Positions 13,295 to 25,915 of a stretch of DNA of 64,000 nucleotides are shown here, piece after piece. The notes beneath the pieces were generated by a model. The model had not been told where the DNA came from. It worked only from the letters and a program-made list of their open reading frames with translations, and did no database searches. Each line of letters opens with the position of its first letter. Positions within the stretch are counted from its first letter, which is position 1. The position numbers and the translations under genes were made by a program. This stretch comes from Isurus oxyrinchus (lineage: Eukaryota). The DNA lies in the NCBI GenBank assembly GCA_026770705.1, contig JANJGN010000035.1:8928001-8992000 (forward strand). The letters are read 5' to 3'.

Positions 13295-13821
13295 GTAAAT
13301 CTTAAAGCATCAGCTATCTCAGTAAAAATGTCTTAAGGGGAGGGAGCGGTGTCGCAGTAAACTCACCCACCGAGCAATCCAAAGGCACCGGTCAATTGTC
13401 TGGGGGATGGGATTCGAATTACTCCACGGCAGCTGGAAGAATTTAAATGCACTTCATAAACCTGAAATTATCAATCTAGTCTCTATGTTTGTAACGATTA
13501 AACCAATTTCAAATAGCATTTAAAAAAAATCATCTGGTTCAGTAGAGAAGGAAATCTGCCATACCCAGTTGGCCTGCAGACGTTTTGTCTCCAGGCCGAA
13601 TTCAATGTTGTTGAATCTTTAATCGCTTAGCAAGCTGCTCAGTCGTAAAAAAACGGATCACACGGCATGGGCCTAGGCAATGGAAATTGCAACACAAAGC
13701 CAGCTCTGTTGATCCTGCAAAGTGAACCTTATTAAATTCTGGGCTAATCAGCCTAAACTGCGATTGCAGCCAAAAACCAACAGCTGGACTTAGTAATAGA
13801 CAAGGCACGATACCTTAGAGC

Positions 13822-14052
13822 AACAAAAGCAGAAATTGCTATAAGAACTCATTAGGCCTGACAGCTTCACTGGAGAGAAGTTCAGAGTTAACATTTTGAG
13901 TCCGTATGAATTTTCTTGAGCACTGAACTGACGAAGAATCATACGGACTCGAAACGTTAACTCTGTCCATCTTTCCCCAGATACTGTCAGGCCACTTGAG
14001 ATTTTCCAGCAATTTTTGCTTTTGTTTCAGATTTCCAGCATCCAAAGTATTT
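13822..14052. mobile_element. Penelope-tail-derived palindromic element with a hammerhead-like core
   Basis: 13822-13918 is the imperfect reverse complement of 13931-14027. CTGACGA at 13928 and GAAACGTT at 13951. Confidence 0.75.
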
Positions 14053-14109
14053 AGCACTGATAAATTACACCAACATTGCCATCCCTGGATACGACGACAG
14101 GCCCACTAG

Positions 14110-14430
14110 ATGAGTGGTGATCGTGTAGTGCTCCAGCATAAAGCTCTAGGGTACGATTCCTGCCATGCCAGATGGTTGAGTTTGAATTCAATGTTAAATA
14201 AATTCGGGAATTACAAGTCTTATAATGTTACTTCTGTAAGAGCTCGTCCGGTTTCCGGATATCCGTTAGGGAAGGAAATTTGCCATATTTACCATGCCTG
14301 ACCTAATGGGACTCGAGGTCCACAAAATTGTCCTTGACTCTGAAATACCTTCTTATCAAGGCAATGAGAGATGGGCAATAAATGCTGACCTAGCCAGCGA
14401 CGCCAACATCCCATGAACGAATGCATAATG
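14110..14430 (+). mobile_element. tRNA-headed short element ending in the LINE-B tail
   Basis: The gggaaggaaatttgcc body is fused to gatgggcaataaatgctgacctagccagcgacgcc. Confidence 0.75.
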
Positions 14431-16154
14431 GGTGGTGGCACAGGGGTATACACTCAGGAAACAGTTATCTGGCAGCCAAGCACATCGAATGTGGACCACA
14501 TGAATTCTCATATGATCAGGTGAAACGACTTTGAGGAAACTTATGTTGGCTGCTGCCAGTCGTGAAATGGTGGTGGAGGTTACAAAAATGCCCCATCTCC
14601 AATGATGGAGGAGCGTAGCAGGCCGGTACAAAATACAACGCTGAATCATTTGCCACCATCTGCAACCAGAAGAGCCAAATTGATAATTACTCTCGACCCC
14701 TTCATGACGTCACCAGCTTCTCAGCTGGCAGTCAATAGCAAATGAGATTCAATGCACCTGATTGTAAAAGGCAGGTGAAAAAAATTGATGCACCAAATGT
14801 TTAGAGCCCTGAAAATATTCTGGCAGTATTACTGAAAAATTCTGCTCCAGATATTATCCAAGTTTTTTTTTTCAATAGATTTTATATCACTGGAACCACC
14901 CAGCTACATGACGAACTGTGAAGATATCACCTGCCCTCAAGAAAAAAATACAAAATTCAACTCAGATAATGATAACACTGTCAGTCCACTCTCGATCATC
15001 GGCAAGTCGTTGACAGTGCTCTCAGCTAACTCGTACTCAGGGTTAATCTTTTAACTCACGTTCAGTTTGTGAACCAGGGCGATGGTCTCCAATGCAGGAT
15101 TCATACCCATCTCAAAGGAAGGCAGTTGTGGTTGGTGGAGCTGATTCCTTTCAATTCCAGGACCTCACTGTCAGAGGTTCCCAGGGTAGTGTCCCATATC
15201 CAATTAACTCCCAATACTTCGTCAATATCGTTCACTTTATTACAAGATCTGAGTGATGATGATATCCAATGATTGCACATTATTCAATACGTTTATCCAT
15301 ATCGTAGACACTGATGCAGTCCAGGTCCATATGCATGAAGTCGTGGACAACATTCAGGCTTGTGCAATTAACATTCGCATCACACAAGGGTAGACAATGG
15401 CCATTTCCAACAAGTGAGAAGACAACTATATCCCCTTGACATTCAATGGCATTAGAACCGCTGAGCCCATACTATCGACATTCTTGGAGTTACAATTGAT
15501 CAGAAACTGAACACGAATATCCATATAAATGCAGCTGAAACAAAAAGAATTTTGAAGATGCAAAACCGCAGAAAACTTACTCACCGCCTGGCGCCACAAT
15601 GACTATCAACCATTCAAAAGTTTCAAGTCAGGAATGTGTTGGAATGCCATCCAATTGCCTGAATGAGCGCAGCTCCAACAACACTCAAAAACCTGAAATA
15701 TCGCGGAAATAGAGGCCCTCTTAGTTGGGACGCCGTCAACCACCTGAAACAATGATGCCCTCCACCACCTATGCACAGTGGCAACATGGTAAGATGTACT
15801 GTGTCAACACTTCAAAAATCTCTAGACAGTCCCCTGCAAACTCAATACACCTACCACTTAGATGCAGAAAGGCAGCAGATGCATGGGAACACCACCAGCT
15901 GCAAGTCATTGCCCAAGCCACGTGCCATCTTGACTTCGAGCTACATTGCCTCCCTTCACTGTCGTTGAGCAAAATCCTGGAAATCCCTCCGTAACGACAC
16001 AGTGGATGTAGCTACACCACACGGGAAGCATCGGTTAAAGATAATGGCTCAACTGTACCTTCGCAATGGCAATTAGGGATACGAAATATAAACACTTACC
16101 TAGCCAGCGACGGCCATATCTCCTGAAAGAACAAAACAAAAAACGAAATTAAAA

Positions 16155-16615
16155 TTTACAACACCAAAGCAGCTGGAAACCACCGAGGACAAAGCAGCCC
16201 ACTTTGTTGACACCAGATCCAGAAACATTCATCACAACCATGGACGCAGAGTGGCAGCAGATTCTGCCATGCGCTCGATGCACTGTAGAAACTCATCAAC
16301 TCTGTTTCGCACTTTCGAAGTCCGCAGCTGTCACCATCTGGAAGGGCAAGAGGAGCAGATAATTGGAAGTACCACCAGCTGGAATTTCCTTCTCAAGCCA
16401 CCAAGCATCCTGATTGAAAATATATCAGCGTCCCTTCACTGTGGCTAGGTCAAAATAGTGGAAATCTCCCTATTAGCACTGTGGGTTTACCTACAACACA
16501 GGAGAAGCAGCGCTTCAAGATGGCAGCTCATCACAATCTTCTCAAGGGCATTTAGGAAGGGCAATTAAAGCTGCCCTATCCAGGGATGCCCGCATCCCGT
16601 AAATGAATAAAAAAA
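16155..16615 (+). mobile_element. Second LINE-B 3' end (5'-truncated copy)
   Basis: Repeats the 3' ~450 bp of the preceding copy and ends in gaataaaaaaa. Confidence 0.8.
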
Positions 16616-16768
16616 TGTTCCTCACTTTTTCCACAGAATCAAATTTGCCTGCATCTTGTTCTTTCCTACAAGGTCACTAGATTTTCCAGCCATAATATTG
16701 CGTCCTGCCCTCTTACTATTCAGTGAATCCATTATCGCAAGTTTTGCATTATTACTTCTTTGTTTCAG

Positions 16769-17150
16769 TTTTCTCCATTAACAATTGCGTTTCTGTCCTG
16801 CGAATGACTGGTGCTTGCTCCATAGAGATAATTAAGTCTCATGAAAAAATTGCACCTAAAACCCATCAACATAAGCAACTTATCGCTGAAATTACTTTTC
16901 CAATTTTATTTTCTGGATGAGAGCCAGCTTTTCCTTTTGTTAAGCCACTTAGGGTGTAGAGGTAATAGCTAGAAAACCAGCCGATGATCAGAAATAAAGA
17001 CATTGTAATTCCAGTCGATTTATATTTTTGCCTCCTCTCCAGACTTGTATAACCCCACAAACAATTTTGACGCCTAAATAGCAGTTCAAGCCCTATGGAT
17101 AAGTAGGATGCCCAGCTCATAGCATATGATTTTACGTTGGCGCCCGCTCA
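16769..17150 (+). pseudogene. Degenerate CARD-like exon, whole unit
   Basis: Acceptor ctttgtttcag (16768). Reads TIAFLS/ANDWCLL.../INISNLSLKLLFQFYFLDESQ...LSHLGCRGNS*KTSR...AVQALWIS. Confidence 0.55.
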
Positions 17151-17489
17151 CTCTTTCACAGATTGACGCCCTTAAATTGCAAATTTTTGAGAACTTTAGG
17201 GCCTGATGGGAGGGGATCAGCGGCAGGGGAAAGATCTAAAATTAGCCATGTTCAAGTCCTGGCACAATGGGTGGAGTACGTGGGGAGGCTCCTCCAAAGC
17301 ATGATTCCATTTAATAGCGGAGGACAAGAAAAATGTCCATCACGTGTGGACTCTCCTCTTTAACTTAAATACCTGCTCCTTCAATCTCCTTAATGATGGC
17401 AGAAGCAAACTATTCAATGAGAACCCTGCTACACATTTTGCATCACGGCATAAGTTATCATGTATACCTCTGCTCGACCAATCTTTTTC

Positions 17490-19990
17490 ATAGTCATCTC
17501 TGGAATACTCCCAGTGCCACGTTATAGCGAGCTCAAAAATAGGAGAAGAGTGCAGATGAATGCATGGCTTAAGAATGTTGCAGGCGGGAGGGTTTCAGAT
17601 CATGTGGACAATTTCAAGGGATGGTGGTACTCCTACAGGTGGGACAGTCTACATCTGAACCTGAGCGGAACTATTATCCTCGCAGGCGGGTTTTCTGATG
17701 CTATTGGGAGGAGTTTAACCTAATTTGGCAGGAGGAGGGGATATAGAATGTTAGCAGAATCGGCACACATCATAATACACTAAACAATCAAGTCCGAGGG
17801 AGTACAGATGCATTAAGTTTCTTGGGGGTACGGCAAGGCTTCTTTAGTCCCGGACATATTACAGGTAAAACTGATGAGTCAAGTGTATGCATTGACAGAT
17901 GGAATTGTGATATAGTAGCAATCAATGAGACGTCGTTGAGAAGGACAAGATTAGCAGCTCAACTTTCCATGATATATAAACTTCAGGCGAGGCAGGGGAG
18001 GCTGAGGGTGGGCAAGGATAAACAAGGAGGAGTCATTGCATATTAGTTATGGAGTCATTTGCTGCACTGAGGAGGGATGATATCTTGAAGCGGGCATCAA
18101 ATGAAGCTTTGTGGGTAGAGCTTAGGAAAAAAAAAAGGGCAGACACTTTCTTGGGTGTTTTTTAGAGAACCCCAGATAGGAAGCATGAAATGCAGGATGA
18201 AGTATATGCACATTTGTGGACGTGTGAAAAAACAATAACAATAGGTTAGTTGTGTTCAGTGATTTCACCGTTCCCAACAATATGTTGGATAGACATATTG
18301 TTAAGGGCTTGGATGGAGTGAATTTCTCGAAATGTGTACAGGGGAACTTTTTTTTGTTTATATGTATAGTGTCCAAGAACAGATGGCGCAGCGCTGATCC
18401 TAATTCTGGGGAATGAACTGGGAGAGTTGGCAGCGGTGTCGGGGGAGCATGTTAGTGATAGCAGAAAGTTAAGTTTGTTATGTATCAAGCAATAGACAAG
18501 TTGCATAAAAAATGTTTTGGATTGCGGGAGTGCGGAATTTAGTGTAATTAGGCAGCTAAAGGCCAAGTTAGACTGGGAACAGCTACTTGTGGGGAAATCT
18601 ACAGAAGAGCAGTGGGGATTTTCAAAAAGGAAATGGTGAGAGTACAGGCTCGACATGTTACATTCAGGGTGATAGGAAGGAATAACAAGCCCATTGAACC
18701 AGAGATATTTGAAGCAGGAAACATCGACCTTTAGGAGGTTAAAGGGGATCATACTAGTGGAAACATTAGTGGAGAACAGAAAGTGGAGGGTGGAGCTAAG
18801 AAATTAATTCGGAGTGCAAAGTGGTGATATGATAAAAAGCTCTGGATTTTAAAAGTAGAGAAAATCCGAAGATATTCTATAAGTATATAACTGGGAAGAG
18901 GATAATCAGGGAAAGAGTACGGCCGATTGGTGACAAAGTGGGAAGTCCTTGGGTGGAGCCAGAGGACATTGGCAGAGATTTGGACGAATATTTCTCATCC
19001 ATTCTTGTTCAAGAGAATGGGGATGAAGGTATCGAAATCGGGGTGCGAGAATGTGTGGTTCTTGAGCAAATTGATGCAGGCCTTGACAAGGTACTGGAAG
19101 TGATGGCAGGTTTAATACTGAACAAATCTCCAGATCCTGCTGATTTGTGCCCCAGGCTGCTGAGGGAGGAAAGGGAGGAGATCTCAGGGGCTCTGACTCA
19201 AATTTTTCATTCCATAATGGCCACGGGGGAGTTGCCAGAGAACTGGAGATTGTGGTTCCGATATTTAAGGAAGGTTGTAGAGGCAAGCCAAGCATCTGCA
19301 GAGCAGTGAGCCTCACGTCAGTGGTGGGGAAAATATTGGAGATAAGTCTGAACAAGAGAAACTATCTCCATTTGGAGAGGCACGGTTTGTTGAGGAATTG
19401 TGAGCATAGCTTTATCAGAGGGAGGTCATGCCTAACAGATTTGATTGTTCTTTATGAGGGGTTGACCAGGTGTGTAGATGAGGGTAGTGCTGTTGATGTA
19501 GTTTATGTGGATTTCAGTAAATCCTTCTACAGGTTTCCACATGGGACACTTATAATGACGCCAAATGCATTTGGGATACAGGGCAATAAGATAAGGTGGA
19601 TAAAATGGCTTACTTGTAGGAGACAGAGGGTATGACATATGGATGCTTTAGTGACTGGAAGCCAGTGTTCAGTGGCATACCACAAGGATTTGTTCTCTGT
19701 CCCCCATTATTTGTTAATTATATAAACGACAGGTTTAGGGGGGATGTGAGGAAACACCTTTTTACCCAAGGGGTGGTGACGGTCTGGAATGCGTTGCCTG
19801 GGAGGCTGGCTGAGGCGGGTTGCCTCACATGTTTTAAAAAGCACCTGTATGAACAGTTGGCACGTCATAACATACAAAGCTACCGGCCAATTGATGGCAA
19901 ATTGGATTAGTTCAGCAGGTTAGTTGTTTATTACAAGTCGGTGCATACTGGATGGGCCGAAGGGCCTCTTCTGCACCTTGTGATTCTGTG
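17490..19990 (+). mobile_element. CR1 LINE: ORF1 esterase C-terminus, ORF2 EN-RT with an internal deletion, and 3' tail
   Basis: VISGILPVPR...MNAWL...DSLHLN (SGNH-like ORF1); KSPDPADLCPRLLRE; VSLTSVVGKILE; VDVVYVDFSK; GIPQG; WNALP; tail gatgggccgaagggcctcttctgcac. Confidence 0.92.
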
Positions 19991-20299
19991 CTTTCCATCT
20001 CTTGGCCTTAACACACTTTCAAATACTCTTTGGGTTTTCATTAATTTTAACAAAAACTGTTGTTCGTACACTTTCTGTTTTCCTAATCAACTTGTTTTTT
20101 ATTTCACCCCCTGCCTCCCTCCACTCCCACCTTTTCAAAGGCATTATCTTTGTGACTCGCGGTCAGAGCTTCTCGCTCTTGAACACTAACAAAACAGTCA
20201 ATGAAAACCTAAGTGGTCTGACTTCTTTCTGGATATCAGTGACCAGGTAAAATTCCTCCAGCCTGATGTGTGGCCTTATCTCCATTCCGTTCTCCCCAG

Positions 20300-20700
20300 G
20301 ATCAAATCTATGCCACATCTCATCAGTAAGCTGAGCATACGGCTGATGTGGTTGCCACGGATTGCACTGGCAACTATGGTCCCCCTTTTCCCGCAGCTAA
20401 TACGCAAGAAAATTCCTCTCATCTTCTTTGTGCTATTTTTTTCGTAATTAATTCATCGTTTCCACATTTAGCAAACTCCTCCATTAAACAACCCTTGGTT
20501 TAACACAGTGCCCTAAACAGAACTCAGCACAAGCAACATGCTTCATGTAGTTCGGGAGTTGGAAGATGGAAGCACATTTATTCTATTAGCATAATTCACA
20601 GAGAGGGTAATAGTATCTGCCTTGTAGAGATGGGTCATACACTGGTGATTGCTGAAAGCACCTCGAGGTACAAATTACATTAAAATCCTGGGATAATTCT
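20300..20700 (+). pseudogene. Degenerate CARD-like unit: half A 20300-20443, half B 20521-~20700
   Basis: Acceptors end at 20299 and 20520, and donor gtaatt is at 20444. Half A reads HLISKLS...WLPRIA...PLFPQLIRKKIPLIFFVL. Half B reads EAHLF/SIIHREGNSICLV. Confidence 0.5.
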
Positions 20701-21559
20701 CTGGTAAACTGTATACCATCTAGGTCAATTAAAAACTTCAATACCAGGTTTTTGTTCGGGAAGTGTGCAGTGAACATGGGAAAATAAGAATAAACTAAAT
20801 GGCAATGTAGATTGGACTATTAACTGGGAAAATCGGTTCACTGGGTGATTATCTCTTCTCATGTACATTTCTAAGATCTACAGCTTAATACATTTTCATT
20901 GAAGTAGAGTAATCTGTATAATTAGAAAAAGTTTCATCGATAAGAAAAAAATAATCACATCATGAAACGTGTTAATTCAGATTGCTCACTGCCTACATCA
21001 CTTTTGACAATAGTTCTACTCTTGCATGAACTGAAATTAGCAGTTTCTCCTCGCAATCTGCTTTGCTTTATGACCTGTTAATGAACAACTTTATGGTGAG
21101 GACATGGACTGATTCCAAAAGCAGAATAGGGTTTCTCTTTTTTTCTATTAAAGAATTGGTTTAACTGGCAATGGCAATAAAACCGTCCATTTCATACAAA
21201 GGATTAACGATTGATATGAAATAGTAAAACTATCCAGTGAATTTTCAATCTTAAGGTGAACTAATTGGTCAGCTATGAAAATGTCCGTGCACAGAGAAAG
21301 TGTGTTCATATGAGATCGAAGGTCGCTTTTTTTTTATTTCGATCCATCATGATTGACCTTTAATCAGGGTGTGTTCTTTGACCTGCAGAAACCGCAATAC
21401 TAACTTAGTCATGTAGGTTGAAACCGACATCAAAACTATAGAAGCAGGTTAGAGTTTGTATTTTCTGAGGACACTAATTTCTTTTTTTACTGTACTGAAA
21501 GGCAGGTGCCAGCAATTATCAGTTTAGCAATTCATTATTGATGAACAGTTTAGGCTTTT

Positions 21560-21870
21560 ATTTTAATTCATGCACGTGATGAAGGCGGTGGTGGCTAGGC
21601 CAGCATTAATTTCCCATTCCTAACTGATATTGAGATTGTGGTGGGGACCGCCTTTTTGAAGCACTGTAGCTCATGAGGTGTCGATACACCGAGAGTGCTG
21701 TTAGGAAGGGTGTTGCGGGATTTTGACGCAGTGGCAGTGAAGAAAAGGGGATACATTTCAAATTTAGGCTAATGAGAGGCAAGGAGGGAAACTTCCATGT
21801 GGTTGTGTTCCCCTGTGTCTATTGCACTTGTTCTTCTACTTGTTAGCTCTTGTGGGTTCGAAAGTTGTTG
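21560..21870 (-). mobile_element. LINE-B 3' tail
   Basis: ggctaggccagcattaatttcccattcctaa is the reverse complement of the LINE-B tail. Confidence 0.8.
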
Positions 21871-22099
21871 ACCTGGGTATTGATCGTGTTGAAATAATTG
21901 TTTTTTTAAGATAACGTATTGCAAATAAACTCGAAATGTGTTGATCTGGTATCACAAGTTTATGTATAAAGAAACAATTATTAGTCTTGTGAGGTGGCAC
22001 AAAATTGGCGATGTTCAATTGGCCAATAGTTTCCATTTGCCTCTAACACTCTGTTCCATTGAAAATAGATGAATTAAAAATCGGACATTGTGGAGAAAG

Positions 22100-24620
22100 T
22101 GCAGCTGAAATAACACTGTCCATTTTGCGGCATAGACAGAGACAAATATATAGCCTTCAGAGACACAGCGGGTGATTAGATGAGGGCTTGAGAAGATGAC
22201 ACTTCAGAGTCACAGCAGGGGGTAAAGGGACGACAGGGCAGAACGAGAAATGTCGGAGCCACAGCGGTCCTTAATAGGGCCCGTGAGGAGCGAGAATCAT
22301 GGGAAATAGAGCAGGGTTATCCACTTGTATGCAGGTTCAATCCATTCGTTTTTGAAACAAAATCGTGGCGTGGCATCACAGAGTACGGCATAGCTGAGTG
22401 GTGGATGAGCATTTTCTATTAATCTTATTTTGGAAATTTCAATCGGCCAAATGGATCAGGGTTCTAATAATGACAATTTTAATAATAACAATAACAATAA
22501 TTATAATACTATCAGCACATACAATACTAGACAAATTTATTAAAATGAATAACTATTTTCATCAAACACAATAAGGGTCGCAGGTCCGGTGATGTGTTCT
22601 TACAGCAGTATGTGGGTTCGGGTGATTAAGATGTGATTTGGGGCAACAACTTTTGAAATCATCATCTTCTGTTTGAGGAACTTTGGCTCAGGCTTATTGA
22701 GTTGCAGGTAGAGGTAAATAATGAATCTCTGAACCCAGAAAAATTGTTTCAGAATACAATCATGGCAATCAAGCTTAAGAGTTTTTATTTGCCAAATGGT
22801 CAGGGGAAAGAGGGTACAACTGTTAAAGAGGCAGGTACGAAAACCCAAATGGTAGTAGTAGAGGAAGTTCAGCCATTACAATTGTCCAATAATTTCAAGA
22901 TTCTTGCGAAATTTTATTGATCACAGTGGAGTGGGGTTTTGGGGGGAGCTGATGCGGGTATGTTTGATGCAAGGCTGATGAGCCAGCAGACCATGATTTT
23001 GTGGTATAGGAAACACTTCTAACGGTGTGTGCAAGTAGGGATATAAGTATAGTGGAGACAATAGAGTCAATTGCATTGAAATAGTTCTGTGTAGCTATGA
23101 AAGAGACTCAAGAGAGTTGAGATAATTGTCCATTCCCAATTATTTAGACAACGGTTTGGCGGGAAAGTGGCTTGCAGTGGGATTTGGACATGTCGATTGA
23201 AATACATTAGGTACGTTAAAACGACAGAGATCGTACTGGGAAAGAATTTCTGAATAGGGAGTATGAGTAAAGGGCCAACATTGTGAAGAACAATCTCAAA
23301 GGTTGTAAACTCTTTATTACTACTGGAGTCTTAAGCAATTTAAATTGGGTCATTGGGAGCAGCGAGCTGACTGCGTGGTTCAATGATAACTGCGGGAGAA
23401 ATAGGCTTTCATTCTTGTGCACTGGCATGAATAAAGGATAAGTTGGGAGCTGGACCTCTCGGACGTTTATCAGCTACTCCGTGCTGGAACCAGTTTTCTG
23501 GTGAATTTACTAACTGGGGTGGCGGAACTCAAATTTTTTTCAGACTAAAACGTGGAGAAGTGGTGTTGGGCGACATTCACGTGAAGATTAAATGGTAAAT
23601 CAATGGAAAGAGACAAGTTAGAACAGCGAGATAGTTTTAAGTGCATTTATAATGAAACCGGGGGAGGAAGTGCTGTGCGTGCACATCTATGCTTGCAACA
23701 GCAAGTGTTTAGAGAAACCAGTAAGAAGGCAGAAGTAAGCAATCTGCAACTGACTGCACATGGCGTTTCTACCAAAATAACTGGTTTGTTTTTGCGAAAG
23801 GGCGTAATAAGCTAAAAGTGGGCATTCTTTACTCGAAAAATCAGAGCAGCAGGTGCATTTATAAAGCAGCTTCTGTGGCAGAGGCATAGCTACCTAACCC
23901 AAGGCCTTGGTGTTATCTGTGGCCGTCGTCCTCCATAGTCAAGATATAAACGCTCTTTTGTTAAAGCAGATCTATCACGTATGCACAGATAAGCAACGAA
24001 TATGAGCAGGCCAAAGTTCTCAGTGGAATCGCCCAGCAAGAATACAAGAATAAAAAAAAAACAACTTCAGCTGTGTAACTGAGCCAATATCCTACTAATT
24101 CTTCACAAAATGCATCAACATGATATCTCACATAGTTAACCAACGTTGCGGCCTGAAAATTCAAATGTGATTCAAAGGACGGGAAAGAGAGAGAAAGAAG
24201 GTATTTGGGTTGATCTATTAATTAAGTCTGATATTGGTGCAATAGGAATTGAAAACCCCAGTTATCAAGAACAAGATAAAGAATCAGTTTTGGTTAGCGA
24301 TAAAAAATAAATTGCAAAGCACAGAAATCAGTTTGTGGGAGTAGGTTTAGGCCTTTTAACAACTGTTGTTGGAGTGAGTCACAGGGATATTTTATTGAAG
24401 CTTCTAAGGAAGAATATGCAGTTACAATGGCTTTTGAAAAAGTGCATTAATATTGACATTCACATCAGCAAAGGTAGACCGAGGATAAGTTAAGAGAGTG
24501 GTTTCTAGATAAATTATTAGAGCAGCACGATGTGCTGTGCAGCAGAGAGTAAGCAATTCTGTGCCCGGTGATGTGCAATTAGGCAGAATTACTTAATAGC
24601 TTCAAATTATGGTAGCGCTA
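22100..24620 (+). mobile_element. Highly decayed CR1 5' half (5' UTR, ORF1 Cys-motif and esterase, start of EN)
   Basis: AGPVMCSYSSMW-like start at ~22580, LQLSNNFKIL, and decayed esterase and EN motifs. Confidence 0.6.
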
Positions 24621-25915
24621 ACAGAAAGCCCGTGAGGTCCTCTGGCCGGCCTAAAAATTCAGAGTGGCTGGGAGAACCATTAAGTGGTGAATAATTTTCC
24701 ACTTAAGGGCTTCCTTTGGGGCAGCAAAGAAGCCCCGCCATTCCCAGCACAAATATGGAGAAAACTCAGGGTGGGCGGGAAACTTGGGGGAAATACATTC
24801 AGTAAGTTTACAAACAGTCCGGCATACAGGGCAGCCAGCGCAACAGAATATCAATGCGGCCGTGATTGTGTTAGAAATAGTTCAGATAAGGTGTTCTACA
24901 CTTATTAACGTGATGGATGTCTTATATTCTGAATAAATGATGACTAGGCTTGACCTTTACCCACTAGTGGTGAGATCAAAATGATGTGACCTTCTTCAAA
25001 CACATCACAACCTGGAGAAACGTGACCTTGTCGAAATGGAGCGGTCGATTCAGTTCATAGAATCACAATATTTTAACAAAACAGAAGTTGGACTTTCGGC
25101 CAATCATATGGGCACTTGCTCTCCAACTGAGCAATATGATCTTCCACCATTTACCTGACATTTCGCCGTACCCCTGCACATTGTTTATTTTCAAATAAGC
25201 ATCTAATGCTGTCTTGAATGCGTAGATTGTATCCACCTCCACCACCCTTCCAGGCAACGCATTCCAAACTTGAACCACTCGTTGTCTGAGAAAAGTCGTT
25301 TTCTCACGTCACGTTTCCTTTCTTTTGCAAATCACGTTAAATCTGTGCCCTCTAGTTCTTCATAATTTACAAGTGGGAACAACGTTTCCTTATCTACTCT
25401 GCCTAGGCCACTCATTATTTTGAACAGATTTCTCAAATCTTCTCTTAACGTGCTTCTCTCCACGTAGGAAAGCTGCAGCCTCTCTAATCCATCGCCTAGA
25501 TGAATTATTTTATCCCTGAAACATTTTTGCAAACCGTTTCTGCACTGTCACCAACTTGTTTATGTCCTTGTCATAATGTGGCACCCCGAACTGTACAAAA
25601 ATGTCACCCTGATGTTTAAGAGTGTTGTATATAATTTCAGCATAACCTCCCGGCTCTTGAACATGATGAAGGTAATAATGAATAACAGGATATTACATGT
25701 TTTTTTAAATGCTTTCTCAAAATGTCCTTCTACCTTCAATGATCTGTACATGGGGACACTCTGGTCTTCATGTTACTGCAACTCCTTCAAGTATTCAGCC
25801 CGTAATTTATATTGGCTGGTCACGTCCTTCCTAACAAAATACATCAACTCACCCTTTTCCTCATCGAACTTAATTTACAAACGTTCTGCCCACTTTATCA
25901 ATTTCCTACACCGCC

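Larger units (their letters stand above)
13338..16135 (+). mobile_element. Near full-length decayed LINE-B with a tRNA-like 5' head, interrupted by two insertions
   Basis: A/B-box-like head at 13348-13420, EN start near 13775 (caacagctggacttagtaat), RT at 14430-15700, and 3' tail gcaattagggat...ctagccagcgacg near 16070-16115. Confidence 0.75.

Noticed and set aside
20747-20774. RSS-like nonamer ggtttttgt with a 12-bp spacer
   Set aside because: The heptamer position reads cagtgaa and lacks the essential terminal GTG. No V, D or J segment is recognisable nearby.
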